This document shows positions 51,295 through 61,195 of a stretch of 64,000 nt of DNA, piece after piece (positions within the stretch are counted from its first letter, which is position 1; every line of letters starts with the position of its first letter). The stretch is taken from contig JAAXZE010000007.1 of NCBI GenBank assembly GCA_012720075.1, positions 465-64,464 of the forward strand, in the 5' to 3' direction. The notes under the pieces are model-generated. The model did no database searches. It saw only the letters and a list, made by a program, of their open reading frames with translations, and was not told the origin of the DNA. The position numbers and the translations under genes are program-made. Source of the stretch: Clostridia bacterium. Lineage in GTDB: Bacteria > Bacillota > Peptococcia > Peptococcales > BICA1-8.

Positions 51295-53040
51295 ATGGCA
51301 AAAGTAAAAATGACACCCAGTGAGGCTATGACCGAAGTATTATTACAGGAAGGAGTGGATCATGTAACAGGGATAGTAGGTTCTGCATTTATGGATATGC
51401 TGGATTTATGGCCCACAGCAGGTATAAAATTCATTCCTGTTCGTCATGAACAAACTGCAGCCCATATGGAAGATGCTTATGGACGGATTACCGGCAAAGC
51501 AGGGGTCTGTATTGGGCAAAACGGTCCAGGTATGACCAACATGGTAACCAGCGTGGCAGCAGCCAATATGGCTCATACTCCTATGGTTGTTATCGGTCCT
51601 TCAGCGGGAACTCCAACTGTTGGCTGGGACGGTTTCCAGGAAGCTGACCAGGTATCTATCTTTAGACCCATTACCAAAGCTGCTTTAAGGGTACCCCATC
51701 CCAGCCGGGCCGGTGATGTATTAAGGACTGCATTCCGTATTGCCTATGCCGAAAGAGGACCGGTCTATGTGGACGTACCCCGGGATTATTTCTACGGGGA
51801 AGTAAATGAAGAAATATTGCCGCCTTATAGATACCGGGCTATAAATAACCGTGTAGCGGGAGATCCGGAGGAATTAAAAAGAGCTGCCGAACTATTGGCT
51901 CAAGCCAAAAATCCCGTTATTATTTCCGGCAGAGGTGTAGTTGATGCCGATGCTTATGATGAAGTCAAAGAAATTGCCGAGCTGTTAACGGCACCGGTTG
52001 CCATGTCATATTTGCACAATGATGCTTTCCCGGCGAATCATGAGTTATGGATTGGCCCCATAGGTTATATGGGTTCCAGGCAAGCCATGTTAACCTTAAA
52101 AGATGCCGATGTCATTTTGGCTATTGGTTCGAGGCTATCAGTATTTGGTACAACACCTCAGTATGACATAAATTATTTCCCCGAAAATGCCAAAATAATT
52201 CAAATAGATGTCAATCCCAAACAAATTGGCCGCAAACACCCGGTAGAAGTTGCGATTATTGGCGATGCCAAGTTGGCTACAGCAGAGCTGATTAAATTAT
52301 TAAAAGCAAAAGGCGGTTTCCAACCCAATGAAGCCCGTTTAGCTGAAATCAAAGAGCGAAGGGCTGCCTGGGAAAAAGAAATCAGGGAATTGGCAATGGT
52401 CGAAGGCAATCCCATTAATCCTCGGAGGGTATTACTGGAATTAAGTGAAATGATGCCGGAAAATGCCATTGTCTGCACCGATATCGGGAATGTATCTTCG
52501 ACAGCCAATAGTTATTTGAAATTCACCAAACCTCGTCGCCATATCGCGGCGTTAACCTTTGGCAATACCGGTTTTGCTTACCCCGCCGGATTAGGTGCCC
52601 AATTGGCAGAACCGGAAAGCCCGGTAGTATGTATTATCGGTGATGGTGCTTGGGGTATGAGTGTCCATGAGGTTAGCACAGCCGTAGAACATAACCTGCC
52701 GGTAATAGCTTGTGTATTCAGGAATATGGCTTGGTGCGCTGAAAAGAAAAACCAGGTAGATTTTTATAACAGTCGTTTTGTCGGTGTAGATATTCCTAAT
52801 CCCATAAGCTTTGTTCCCGTTGCCGAAGCCTTTGGTGCAAAAGGTATCAGGGTTGAAAAGGCCAGTGACATTAAAGCTGCTTTCCAAGAAGCTTTAGAAG
52901 CCAGAAAACCAACGGTCTTAGAGTTCTGTGTGGACGGCACCCAGTTGGCACCGCCATTCCGAAAAGATGCTTTGGCTTTACCTACCCGTTATCTGTCCAA
53001 GTATGAACATTTAGACTACAGAAGATGGTTTGAAGATTAA
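51295..53040 (+). CDS. xsc: ThDP-dependent sulfoacetaldehyde acetyltransferase-like enzyme
   Basis: 581 aa. The N-terminus [36 protein letters not shown] resembles Xsc as I recall it rather than acetolactate synthase. ThDP motif GDGAWGM..N. Confidence 0.7.
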   Translation: MAKVKMTPSEAMTEVLLQEGVDHVTGIVGSAFMDMLDLWPTAGIKFIPVRHEQTAAHMEDAYGRITGKAGVCIGQNGPGMTNMVTSVAAANMAHTPMVVIGPSAGTPTVGWDGFQEADQVSIFRPITKAALRVPHPSRAGDVLRTAFRIAYAERGPVYVDVPRDYFYGEVNEEILPPYRYRAINNRVAGDPEELKRAAELLAQAKNPVIISGRGVVDADAYDEVKEIAELLTAPVAMSYLHNDAFPANHELWIGPIGYMGSRQAMLTLKDADVILAIGSRLSVFGTTPQYDINYFPENAKIIQIDVNPKQIGRKHPVEVAIIGDAKLATAELIKLLKAKGGFQPNEARLAEIKERRAAWEKEIRELAMVEGNPINPRRVLLELSEMMPENAIVCTDIGNVSSTANSYLKFTKPRRHIAALTFGNTGFAYPAGLGAQLAEPESPVVCIIGDGAWGMSVHEVSTAVEHNLPVIACVFRNMAWCAEKKNQVDFYNSRFVGVDIPNPISFVPVAEAFGAKGIRVEKASDIKAAFQEALEARKPTVLEFCVDGTQLAPPFRKDALALPTRYLSKYEHLDYRRWFED

Positions 53041-53074
53041 AAATATACTGCCTTTACAGGACAAAGGATTGTTC

Positions 53075-53110
53075 AATCAAGAGGATGTCATTATTGACAT
53101 CCTCTTGATT
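53075..53110 (+). other. Perfect 16-bp stem-loop between xsc and the MFS gene
   Basis: AATCAAGAGGATGTCA-TTAT-TGACATCCTCTTGATT followed by an A-run (no U-run on either strand). Confidence 0.7.
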
Positions 53111-53128
53111 AAAAAAACGAGGAATAAA

Positions 53129-54361
53129 ATGGAAAATAAACAATTAGTAGTAATAAAAGACCAAACTGTAGTTTTGATTTCGATAATAACAGCAGTTTGT
53201 TTATTGGGTAATTCTATGCTTTATGTTACTTTACCCATTTATTTTCAGGAAGTGGGTTTAAAATCATTATGGGAAGTAGGACTGCTGTTATCAGTAAATC
53301 GTTTTGTAAGACTGCCTCTTAATGCTATAATTGGCTGGTTATATAGTAAAACTACCATACGCTTTGGTTTTATTTTGGCGGTATCTTTTGCGGCAATTGC
53401 TACTTTGGGTTATGGGATATTTACTGGTTTTTGGATGTGGTTATTGCTCAGAATTTTTTGGGGAGCGGCATGGTCATTATTAAAATTAGGAGGATTTCTT
53501 ACGGTTTTAGTGGAGGCAGAGAAAGACCAGAGAGGTCACCTGATGGGAAAATATAACGGGTTACATCGTTTAGGCGACTTTTTTGGTATGTTAATGGGGG
53601 GTATTCTAGCAGGTTTATTAGGCTTTAGACAAACTTTATTTATTTTTGGATTAATTATAGCTTTGACAATACCTATCGCAATTATTTTTGTTCCTAATTA
53701 TTCTGCATCCCACCATGCTAAAACTGAATCTCAAGAACTCAAAAATATACACTTTTCTTTTTCCATTACACGGGTAATATTAGGCGGTCTGGTTATTTCA
53801 ATGCTTTTTGAGGGCGTAATGGCCTCCACTCTTAGTTTATTATTAAATGAAAGGTATCAGGAAGGAATCTGGATTTTTAATTTTACTATAACCGTTGCAG
53901 CTATGTCCGGCTTTCTTCAAGGAATTAGATGGTTATGGGAACCCTTTCTGGCACCTTTTATAGGGCGCCGCTCGGATAAAATGGCAAGCAGACAGATGCT
54001 CTTTATTCCGTTTTTAATTCTTGGAGCATTAGGTTTCTTTATTGTTCCTTTAAAGCTTCCTTTATTTCTATTGATAGTAGTGATACTTATCCTTATGCTT
54101 ACCGCAACAGCTTTGGTCACATTAAGCGATTCTTTGGCTTCCGATATAGCCAGACAATCTTCGTCGGTTAGGATCATGACAATATACACTATTGCTTTAG
54201 ACTTTGGTGCTGCCTTAGGCCCGGTCATCGGATATCAATTGGTAATTTTGTCATCCGGCTTATTATATACTTATCTGTTAGGTTCCATTCTATTATTTAT
54301 AGTGTTGCTGTTATGGGCAGTACCATTAATAAATAAAAAAAGTCTTCCGTTTAATGTGTAA
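53129..54361 (+). CDS. MFS transporter (12 TM)
   Basis: Hydrophobic profile. ATG 53129 follows GAGGA; the listed ORF 53030 start reads through the hairpin and overlaps xsc. Confidence 0.8.
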   Translation: MENKQLVVIKDQTVVLISIITAVCLLGNSMLYVTLPIYFQEVGLKSLWEVGLLLSVNRFVRLPLNAIIGWLYSKTTIRFGFILAVSFAAIATLGYGIFTGFWMWLLLRIFWGAAWSLLKLGGFLTVLVEAEKDQRGHLMGKYNGLHRLGDFFGMLMGGILAGLLGFRQTLFIFGLIIALTIPIAIIFVPNYSASHHAKTESQELKNIHFSFSITRVILGGLVISMLFEGVMASTLSLLLNERYQEGIWIFNFTITVAAMSGFLQGIRWLWEPFLAPFIGRRSDKMASRQMLFIPFLILGALGFFIVPLKLPLFLLIVVILILMLTATALVTLSDSLASDIARQSSSVRIMTIYTIALDFGAALGPVIGYQLVILSSGLLYTYLLGSILLFIVLLLWAVPLINKKSLPFNV

Positions 54362-54477
54362 AAATATTCTAGGGTTTAGCGAAAATCAGCCATTGGGTAC
54401 ATTACTGATGCAATAAATCCTATAACCTTGCAAAATGTAGAAAAGTGATAACAAGAAATTTATAAGGAGGTTTTTTC

Positions 54478-55593
54478 ATGATTATAGGTGTACCTAAAGA
54501 AATAAAAAATAATGAAAATCGCGTAGCAATTACACCTGCCGGGGTGAAAAGTTTTGTCAAAGCCGGTCACAAGGTAGTTATAGAAAAATCGGCGGGATTA
54601 GGAAGTGGTATTAGTGACGATGCTTATCGGGAGGCAGGAGCGGAAATATTAGCTGATGCCCAAACGGTTTATGCCCAAGCTGATATGATAATTAAGGTCA
54701 AAGAACCCCTGCCTGCTGAATATCCTTTATTTAAAGAAGGGCAGATTTTATTTACCTATCTTCATTTAGCTGCCGAGCCGGAATTAACCAAGTTATTAAT
54801 GGAAAAAAAGATTGTATCTATAGCCTATGAAACGGTACAACTAAATAACGGCAGTCTACCTCTGTTGACACCGATGAGCGAAGTAGCCGGAAGAATGTCA
54901 GTCCAGATTGGTGCCCAATTTTTAGAAAAACATTATGGAGGAAAAGGAGTACTTATCGGTGGAGTTCCCGGAGTTTTACCGGCAAAGGTAGTAATTCTCG
55001 GCGGAGGAACAGTGGGAATTAACGCCGCAAAGATGGCGTGTGGTTTAGGGGCCGATGTAACCATAATTGAAAAAAGCAGTGAGAGAATGAGATATTTGGA
55101 TGATGTATTTGCCAATAAAATCAAAACTTTAATGTCTAATCCTTTTAATATAGCCGAACAGGTAAAGGATGCCGATTTAGTGATCGGTGCCGTTTTAATT
55201 CCGGGAGCAAAAGCGCCTTGTTTAGTCACCGAAGAAATGGTTAAAACTATGCAACCTGGTTCTGTCATTGTCGATGTAGCCATTGACCAAGGCGGTAGTG
55301 TTGAAACCATAGACAGAGTTACCACCCATAGTGACCCGGTCTTTGAAAAATATGGAGTGCTTCACTATGCAGTAGCAAATATTCCTGGTGCGGTTGCTCG
55401 TACCTCTACCTTTGCTTTGACAAATGTAACCCTTCCTTATGCTTTGGATATTGCTAACAAAGGTTGGGAAAAGGCCGTAAGAGAAGACCAAGCATTAGCT
55501 AAAGGTGTGAATGTCGTAAATGGGTATATTACCTGCCAAGGTGTGGCAGAAGCCCATGGTTTGGAATATATTCCTTTGGAAGAAGTTTTATAG
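54478..55593 (+). CDS. ald: Alanine dehydrogenase
   Basis: [23 protein letters not shown] and NAD fold [14 protein letters not shown]. 371 aa. Confidence 0.95.
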   Translation: MIIGVPKEIKNNENRVAITPAGVKSFVKAGHKVVIEKSAGLGSGISDDAYREAGAEILADAQTVYAQADMIIKVKEPLPAEYPLFKEGQILFTYLHLAAEPELTKLLMEKKIVSIAYETVQLNNGSLPLLTPMSEVAGRMSVQIGAQFLEKHYGGKGVLIGGVPGVLPAKVVILGGGTVGINAAKMACGLGADVTIIEKSSERMRYLDDVFANKIKTLMSNPFNIAEQVKDADLVIGAVLIPGAKAPCLVTEEMVKTMQPGSVIVDVAIDQGGSVETIDRVTTHSDPVFEKYGVLHYAVANIPGAVARTSTFALTNVTLPYALDIANKGWEKAVREDQALAKGVNVVNGYITCQGVAEAHGLEYIPLEEVL

Positions 55594-55617
55594 GGCGCCA
55601 AATGGTGCCCCTTTTTT
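55593..55617 (+). terminator. Intrinsic terminator after ald
   Basis: GGGCGCC-AAAT-GGTGCCC followed by CTTTTTT. Confidence 0.85.
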
Positions 55618-55813
55618 ATATGAGGGAGTTGCCTGTATATTCTCCGATTATCAGTTTTCCTTCGGCTCTAATATCCTACTAGGTTCTAACTGTTGTTCTA
55701 CTTTTTATATCCTGTGAATGAACTTTCTAAAATATCCAACGCTGAATATGTAAAAATATCCAAGTTTTTATGGTAGAATAAATATTAGTAAAAAAGGAAA
55801 TGGAGGTAATGCC

Positions 55814-56692
55814 ATGTCTTTATCAAAAGAAAATATTATTATCGGTTTTATTGGAACCGGGGTAATGGGCCGAGGGATGGTCAATAATTTACTGAAAGCA
55901 GGTTATAAGGTAAATGTATTTAATCGGACAAAGGCCAAGGAGGAAGAGTTAATTAATAACGGTGCCCAGTGGATGGATACCGTAGCCGACATAGCCAAAA
56001 ACTCCAATGTTATTATTACAATCGTAGGTTATCCTAAAGATGTGGAAGAAGTATACTTGGGCGAGAACGGAATATTAAATAATGCAGCCAAAGGTACATA
56101 TGTAATCGATATGACCACTTCATCACCCATGTTGGCGAAAAGAATCTACCAAGAAGCTTTGGAAAAAGGCATTTTTGCTCTGGATGCCCCTGTTTCTGGC
56201 GGGGATATCGGTGCCAGGGAAGGTCGGCTGTCTATAATGGTTGGCGGGGACAGCCAGGCTTTTGAAGAAGTTAAACCCATCTTTGAAGCAATGGGCAAGA
56301 ATATAGTTTTACAGGGGGGAGCCGGTGCCGGTCAACATACCAAGATGTGCAACCAGATTGCCATTGCTTCCAACATGATAGGGGTCTGTGAAGCCATAGC
56401 TTATGCGAAAAAAGCCGGACTTGACCCTACTACTGTTCTTAAAAGCATTGAGACAGGAGCCGCCGGCAGTTGGTCATTAAGTAATTTAGCCCCCAGGATG
56501 ATTGCCGGAAACTTTGCGCCAGGTTTTTATGTCAAGCATTTTATTAAAGATATGAATATAGCGTTAGAATCGGCCAAGGAAATGGGCTTATGGACACCGG
56601 GGTTAGAACTGGCCAAATCCCTTTATGAAAAATTAGCCGCTTTAGGTGAGGAGGACAGCGGAACACAGGCATTGTATAAGTTATTTGTTTAA
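55814..56692 (+). CDS. NAD(P)-dependent beta-hydroxyacid dehydrogenase (3-hydroxyisobutyrate dehydrogenase family)
   Basis: GFIGTGVMGRGM Rossmann motif, DAPVSGG and a catalytic Lys region. Substrate unknown. Confidence 0.85.
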   Translation: MSLSKENIIIGFIGTGVMGRGMVNNLLKAGYKVNVFNRTKAKEEELINNGAQWMDTVADIAKNSNVIITIVGYPKDVEEVYLGENGILNNAAKGTYVIDMTTSSPMLAKRIYQEALEKGIFALDAPVSGGDIGAREGRLSIMVGGDSQAFEEVKPIFEAMGKNIVLQGGAGAGQHTKMCNQIAIASNMIGVCEAIAYAKKAGLDPTTVLKSIETGAAGSWSLSNLAPRMIAGNFAPGFYVKHFIKDMNIALESAKEMGLWTPGLELAKSLYEKLAALGEEDSGTQALYKLFV

Positions 56693-56907
56693 TAATCTGC
56701 AGCCATTAGCATATTTGCTAATGGTTGCTAATTTTAATTTATAGAATAGGAAAGGGTAATAAATTATTATTTCCAATTAGTCCATTAATTGAAATAATTG
56801 GAGTGCCTTAAGAAATAATTATGAAGCTTGGCAAAGAGGTTAAACTTTTTTAACCCTGATCAGCATAATAAAGCTGGAAAAAAACTTGGTAAGAAGTGGT
56901 GCATAAG

Positions 56908-57663
56908 ATGCAATTTCGTCAGCGAGAAAAAGAGCCTTTTGATTATCCTGGCAACAAAACCGGTTGTTTATTGATCCATGGTTTTACCGGTTCACCGGGA
57001 GAAATGCGGCCTTTAGGCGATTATTTACGGGAAAAAGGATATACGGTAAAAGGAGTGCTTTTGCCTGGTCATGGGACAAGGGTTGAAGACTTGGCCGAGA
57101 CCGGTTGGGAAAATTGGTATAATGAAGTTGTCAAAGCTTACCGTGATTTGGAAACCAGATGTGATAAAATTTTTGTCATAGGATTGTCCATGGGAGGTGC
57201 TTTAGCTTTACATTTAGCGGCTAATGAAAATATTTCAGGGGGCATTGTTTCCATCTGCTCCCCCATATTTTTGACAAATAAAAAGGCTTACTTGGCTCCA
57301 TTAATCCGGTATTTTGTAAAGTATTCCAAAAAGAAAAAAACCAAAAGCAATTTCCACTCCTTTTGGTATGACCGCTATCCAACCGGGGCTGTTGCCCAAT
57401 TGGTCAAGGGCATTACGGTTATTAAACGGGAGTTAAAAAACATTAAAAATCCTGCCCTCATTATCCAATCAACCTTGGACAAAACAGTGAACCCTGCAAG
57501 TGCTCAATATATTTATGACCATATAAGCAGTACCAAAAAGAAATTATTTTGGCTGCACAAATCAGGCCATATCGCTACTTTGGACATAGAAAGAGGACAG
57601 GTTTTCCTTTGGGTTGAAGAGTTTATTGAAGAGGTTTTAAAAGAAAAAACCGTTGATATTTGA
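56908..57663 (+). CDS. est: Carboxylesterase (alpha/beta hydrolase, Est/YvaK-like)
   Basis: HGFTGSP and nucleophile elbow GLSMGG. Occupies the position of B. subtilis yvaK upstream of rnr. Confidence 0.85.
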   Translation: MQFRQREKEPFDYPGNKTGCLLIHGFTGSPGEMRPLGDYLREKGYTVKGVLLPGHGTRVEDLAETGWENWYNEVVKAYRDLETRCDKIFVIGLSMGGALALHLAANENISGGIVSICSPIFLTNKKAYLAPLIRYFVKYSKKKKTKSNFHSFWYDRYPTGAVAQLVKGITVIKRELKNIKNPALIIQSTLDKTVNPASAQYIYDHISSTKKKLFWLHKSGHIATLDIERGQVFLWVEEFIEEVLKEKTVDI

Positions 57664-57732
57664 AATTGTAATTAGGAATGGAAAGCTGGAATAATTTATT
57701 ATTGTTTTACTATTTTTGGGGAGGTTATGGTC

Positions 57733-58158
57733 ATGGAGTTCTATTATGATCATATGTGTTTTGCCTGCGGAGAGAGAAATGCCAAGGGATTGCATTTAAA
57801 ATTTGATATTGACGGTGACAAAGTTCGTACAGTCTTTATACCTCAGAAAGAGCACGAAGGTTATCCCGGTCTGATGCATGGCGGACTGATTACGACCATA
57901 TTAGATGAAGTTATGGCTAGAAGCGTAAATCTATTAGGACTGCATGGCGTAACTGCCCGTTTGGAGGTTAGATTTAGAGAACCGGTACCTATCGGAAAGG
58001 AAATTACTTTCGAATCTATTATTGTTAATTCCAGGCACAAGGTTGTTGATTTAGAAAGCAAAGCCTTTTTGCCCGACGGAAAGCTAGCGGCCCAGGCCCA
58101 GGCCAGATTTATGGTAATAGGGGAAATGAAAGAGGGTAAAAGGATTCATGAGGAATAA
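57733..58158 (+). CDS. Hotdog-fold thioesterase (PaaI family)
   Basis: CFACGERN..GLHL N-terminus and GYPGLMHGGLITTILDEVM core. Confidence 0.75.
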   Translation: MEFYYDHMCFACGERNAKGLHLKFDIDGDKVRTVFIPQKEHEGYPGLMHGGLITTILDEVMARSVNLLGLHGVTARLEVRFREPVPIGKEITFESIIVNSRHKVVDLESKAFLPDGKLAAQAQARFMVIGEMKEGKRIHEE

Positions 58159-58166
58159 GAAATTCT

Positions 58167-58279
58167 GAGGTTTAGGCTAAGGTTAAGGTTATATTGTATT
58201 TAATATAATAGCTTTATTCCTTTCTCAACCTTAACCTAGCGTAGCGAAACCTTGATCTTAATTTGTTTTAAACTGTCAC
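58167..58279. repeat. Repeat family copy (hairpin of B-module words, then modules B and C)
   Basis: TAGGCTAAGGTTAAGGTT (58173-58190) is inverted relative to AACCTTAACCTAGCGTA (58227-58243). CTCAACCTTAACCTAGCGTAGCGAAACCTTGATCTTA matches 17746-17780. Confidence 0.8.
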
Positions 58280-58348
58280 ATTAACGGGTAGACTAATGAT
58301 TAGATTGGTCTGCCCTTTTAAAGTTTTTAAAAGTATTGGAGGAATAAC

Positions 58349-60481
58349 ATGGACAAGCGCCAAATGATTTTAGATTTTATGGCTACCAAAGCCTATCGGC
58401 CTTTAACTTTAGAGGAACTGATTGCCCATTTTGAGATAAAAGAAGTTGAAGAAATAAAAGAGTTTACCCAATTATTAAGGGATATGGAAGAAAAGGGTCA
58501 GGTTATTCTAACCAGGAAAAATCGTTATGGTTTGCCCCAACAGATGAATTTAGTTGTAGGCCGGGTTCAAAGGCATGCCAAAGGCTTTGCCTTTTTAATT
58601 CCCGATGACCCAACCGTCCGGGATGTTTATATTAAAAGCGATGACCTAAATGGGGCCATGCATAATGACCGGGTGGTTGTTAGGCTGCACAAACCTTTAG
58701 ACATTAAGAAAAAGCAAGAAGGGGAAGTAATCCGAATTCTAGTCAGGGCCAATCAAACCGTTGTGGGCACCTTTGAAGGAAGCCGCAATTTCGGCTTTGT
58801 TATCCCTGATGATTCCAGGATTGGTCAGGACTTTTTTATAAGCAAAGAAGATTTTAACGGAGCCAAAACCGGGGAAAAAGTTGTAATCCAAGTGACCCGC
58901 TGGCCGGAGAAAAGGCGCAGTCCTGAAGGCAAGGTTATTGAGGTGCTTGGCAAAAAGGGCGATCCGGGAGTAGATGTGGTTTCTATTGTGCGAAAATATC
59001 AGCTGCCTGAAGATTTCCCCAGGGAAGTTTTGGCTGCTGCTGAGAAAATCCCGTTAACCATTTCGCCGGAAGAAATTAAAGGAAGAAGGGATTTGCGGTC
59101 CCTGCCCATGGTCACTATTGACGGCGAAGACGCCAAGGATTTGGATGATGCCGTTTCTCTGGAAATTTTGGATAATGGCCTGTACAGGTTAGGGGTACAC
59201 ATTGCCGATGTTGGTCATTATGTTCCCGAAGGTTCCATCTTGGACCAGGAAGCATTTAAACGGGCAACCAGTGTTTATTTGGTAGACAGGGTAATACCCA
59301 TGCTTCCCCAGCGGCTTTCTAACGGAATATGCAGTTTGAATGCCGGTGAGGACAGGCTTGCCCTGACCTGTTTTATGGATATTAATAGTAAAGGCATAGT
59401 GGAGAATCATGAAATCTGTGAATCAATTATTCATGTCAACGAGCGGATGACTTATAAAAATGTTACTAAAATATTAGTGGAAGAAGATAAGGAGCTTATT
59501 GAAAGGTATCGAGACTATGTAGAAATGTTTAAATATATGAGTGACTTATGTTTTATCCTGAAAAACAAAAGACTCCAAAGAGGTGCCATAGATTTTGATT
59601 TTCCTGAAAGTAAAGTCATCCTGGATGAACAGGGTAAACCTGTTGAAATAGCTTGGCGGGAGAGAACTTTGGCCGACCAGATAATTGAGGAATTTATGAT
59701 TTGTGCCAACGAAACTGTGGCCGAGCATTTCTATTGGCTGGACATTCCCTTTTTATACCGGGTCCATGAGGAACCTGATTTGGAAGACGTTGAAGAACTA
59801 AATAATTTTTTAAGTATTTTTGGCTTATATATCAAAGGAATCGGTGACCAGGTTCACCCTAAAGCCTATCAAACGGTAGTGGAAAAGGTCTTGGGCCGGC
59901 CGGAGGAAAGGGCCATTACTACAGTAATGCTCAGGTCCATGAAGCATGCCCGGTATGCCCCTGAAGCTTTGGGCCACTTTGGGCTGGCTTCTAAATATTA
60001 CTCCCATTTCACTTCACCTATAAGACGTTATCCCGACCTGGTCATTCATAGGATAATAAAAGAGGTGCTAAAAAAGGGTGGAAAATTAAATAGTGAAAGA
60101 TTAGAAAAACTAAGATTAAAAATGGCGGAGTATGCCGAACAATCCTCTCTGCAGGAAAGAATTGCCGAAGATGCTGAGCGGGAAAGCGTTGATTTGAAAA
60201 AGGTTGAATACATGAAACAGTTTGAAGGGCAGGTCTTTGACGGCGTAATCAGCAGTGTTACCTCCTTTGGGCTCTTTGTGGAATTAGAAAATTCGGCGGA
60301 AGGCTTGGTCCATGTCTCAACCATGACCGATGATTTTTATCACTTTGTCGAAAAAAACTTGACCCTTTTAGGAGAGCATACCAAAAAAGCATATCAATTA
60401 GGACAGAGGGTAAAGGTATTAATAACCAGGGTAAATATTGAAGACCGACAGATTGACATGGAATTGGTTGAGGAAGACTAA
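58349..60481 (+). CDS. rnr: Ribonuclease R
   Basis: 710 aa with cold-shock-like domains, an RNB domain (DGEDAKDLDDAV, YRVHE) and a C-terminal S1 domain. Confidence 0.95.
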   Translation: MDKRQMILDFMATKAYRPLTLEELIAHFEIKEVEEIKEFTQLLRDMEEKGQVILTRKNRYGLPQQMNLVVGRVQRHAKGFAFLIPDDPTVRDVYIKSDDLNGAMHNDRVVVRLHKPLDIKKKQEGEVIRILVRANQTVVGTFEGSRNFGFVIPDDSRIGQDFFISKEDFNGAKTGEKVVIQVTRWPEKRRSPEGKVIEVLGKKGDPGVDVVSIVRKYQLPEDFPREVLAAAEKIPLTISPEEIKGRRDLRSLPMVTIDGEDAKDLDDAVSLEILDNGLYRLGVHIADVGHYVPEGSILDQEAFKRATSVYLVDRVIPMLPQRLSNGICSLNAGEDRLALTCFMDINSKGIVENHEICESIIHVNERMTYKNVTKILVEEDKELIERYRDYVEMFKYMSDLCFILKNKRLQRGAIDFDFPESKVILDEQGKPVEIAWRERTLADQIIEEFMICANETVAEHFYWLDIPFLYRVHEEPDLEDVEELNNFLSIFGLYIKGIGDQVHPKAYQTVVEKVLGRPEERAITTVMLRSMKHARYAPEALGHFGLASKYYSHFTSPIRRYPDLVIHRIIKEVLKKGGKLNSERLEKLRLKMAEYAEQSSLQERIAEDAERESVDLKKVEYMKQFEGQVFDGVISSVTSFGLFVELENSAEGLVHVSTMTDDFYHFVEKNLTLLGEHTKKAYQLGQRVKVLITRVNIEDRQIDMELVEED

Positions 60482-60513
60482 ATACGTCGGCATGCCCAGT
60501 GCCGCCTTTAGCC

Positions 60514-60541
60514 TTGACTTATATAATAATTCTGTTATAAT
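60514..60541 (+). promoter_or_regulatory. Sigma-A-type promoter in the rnr-smpB spacer
   Basis: TTGACT (60514-60519), a 16-nt spacer, then TATAAT (60536-60541). Confidence 0.6.
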
Positions 60542-60669
60542 TGATATACACATAAAATTACTTGCAATATCTAGGTGTTTTGTGTTACAATTATACCCTG
60601 ACTTTTTTAAGACCCAGGGTTTTGTTTTGCCCTGTTTGGCCTTAAGCATGTTAAAGTGTGGTGTCGCAG

Positions 60670-61131
60670 ATGGAGAATGTCAAAGTTGTCACAGAAAACC
60701 GAAAAGCTAGGCATGATTATCATATCCTTGAAACCTTTGAAGCCGGGATGGAACTAAAAGGTACGGAGGTTAAATCTCTCCGCTCCGGTAAAGCCAACTT
60801 AAAGGATAGTTATGCCCAGGTGGAAAATGGAGAAATTTTTATCTTTAACATGCACATTAGCCCCTATGAACAGGGAAACCGCTTTAATGTTGACCCATTA
60901 AGGCCCCGCAAGCTCTTAATGCATAAGAAGGAGATTTTGCGCCTCTGGGGTAAAACCAGGGAAAAAGGGCTTACTTTGATTCCGTTAAAGGTGTATTTTG
61001 TCCGGGGCAAAGCCAAAGTTGAGTAGGCACTGGCCCAGGGTAAGAAACTTTATGACAAACGGGAGGCTGCCGCAGAAAAATCAGCCAAACGGGACATCGA
61101 AAAAGCCATGAAAGAAAAAATGCGTTTTTAA
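60670..61131 (+). CDS. smpB: SsrA-binding protein SmpB, interrupted by an in-frame TAG (61024-61026)
   Basis: [29 protein letters not shown] core. After [11 protein letters not shown] the same frame continues [37 protein letters not shown], which is the conserved SmpB C-terminal tail. An alternative start is GTG 60658. Confidence 0.85.
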
Positions 61132-61195
61132 AAAAGAGATAAATTAATAAATAAATATCTGACTTCCGACTTCTGATTTCAGACATCTATTTCAT

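Noticed and set aside
60419-60710. Listed ORFs 60438..60710 (+) and 60419..60649 (-) in the rnr-smpB spacer.
   Set aside because: They overlap each other, the rnr 3' end and the smpB start. They have no SD and cross a promoter and a hairpin, so they are most likely non-coding.
61024-61026. Pyrrolysine or global stop-codon reassignment as the explanation for the in-frame TAG in smpB and TAA in prfB.
   Set aside because: TAG and TAA both terminate many well-defined genes in this window at the expected positions. The interrupted positions are conserved Leu/Ile and Lys, and no pyl genes are visible here. Local readthrough or error remains possible, as described in the findings.
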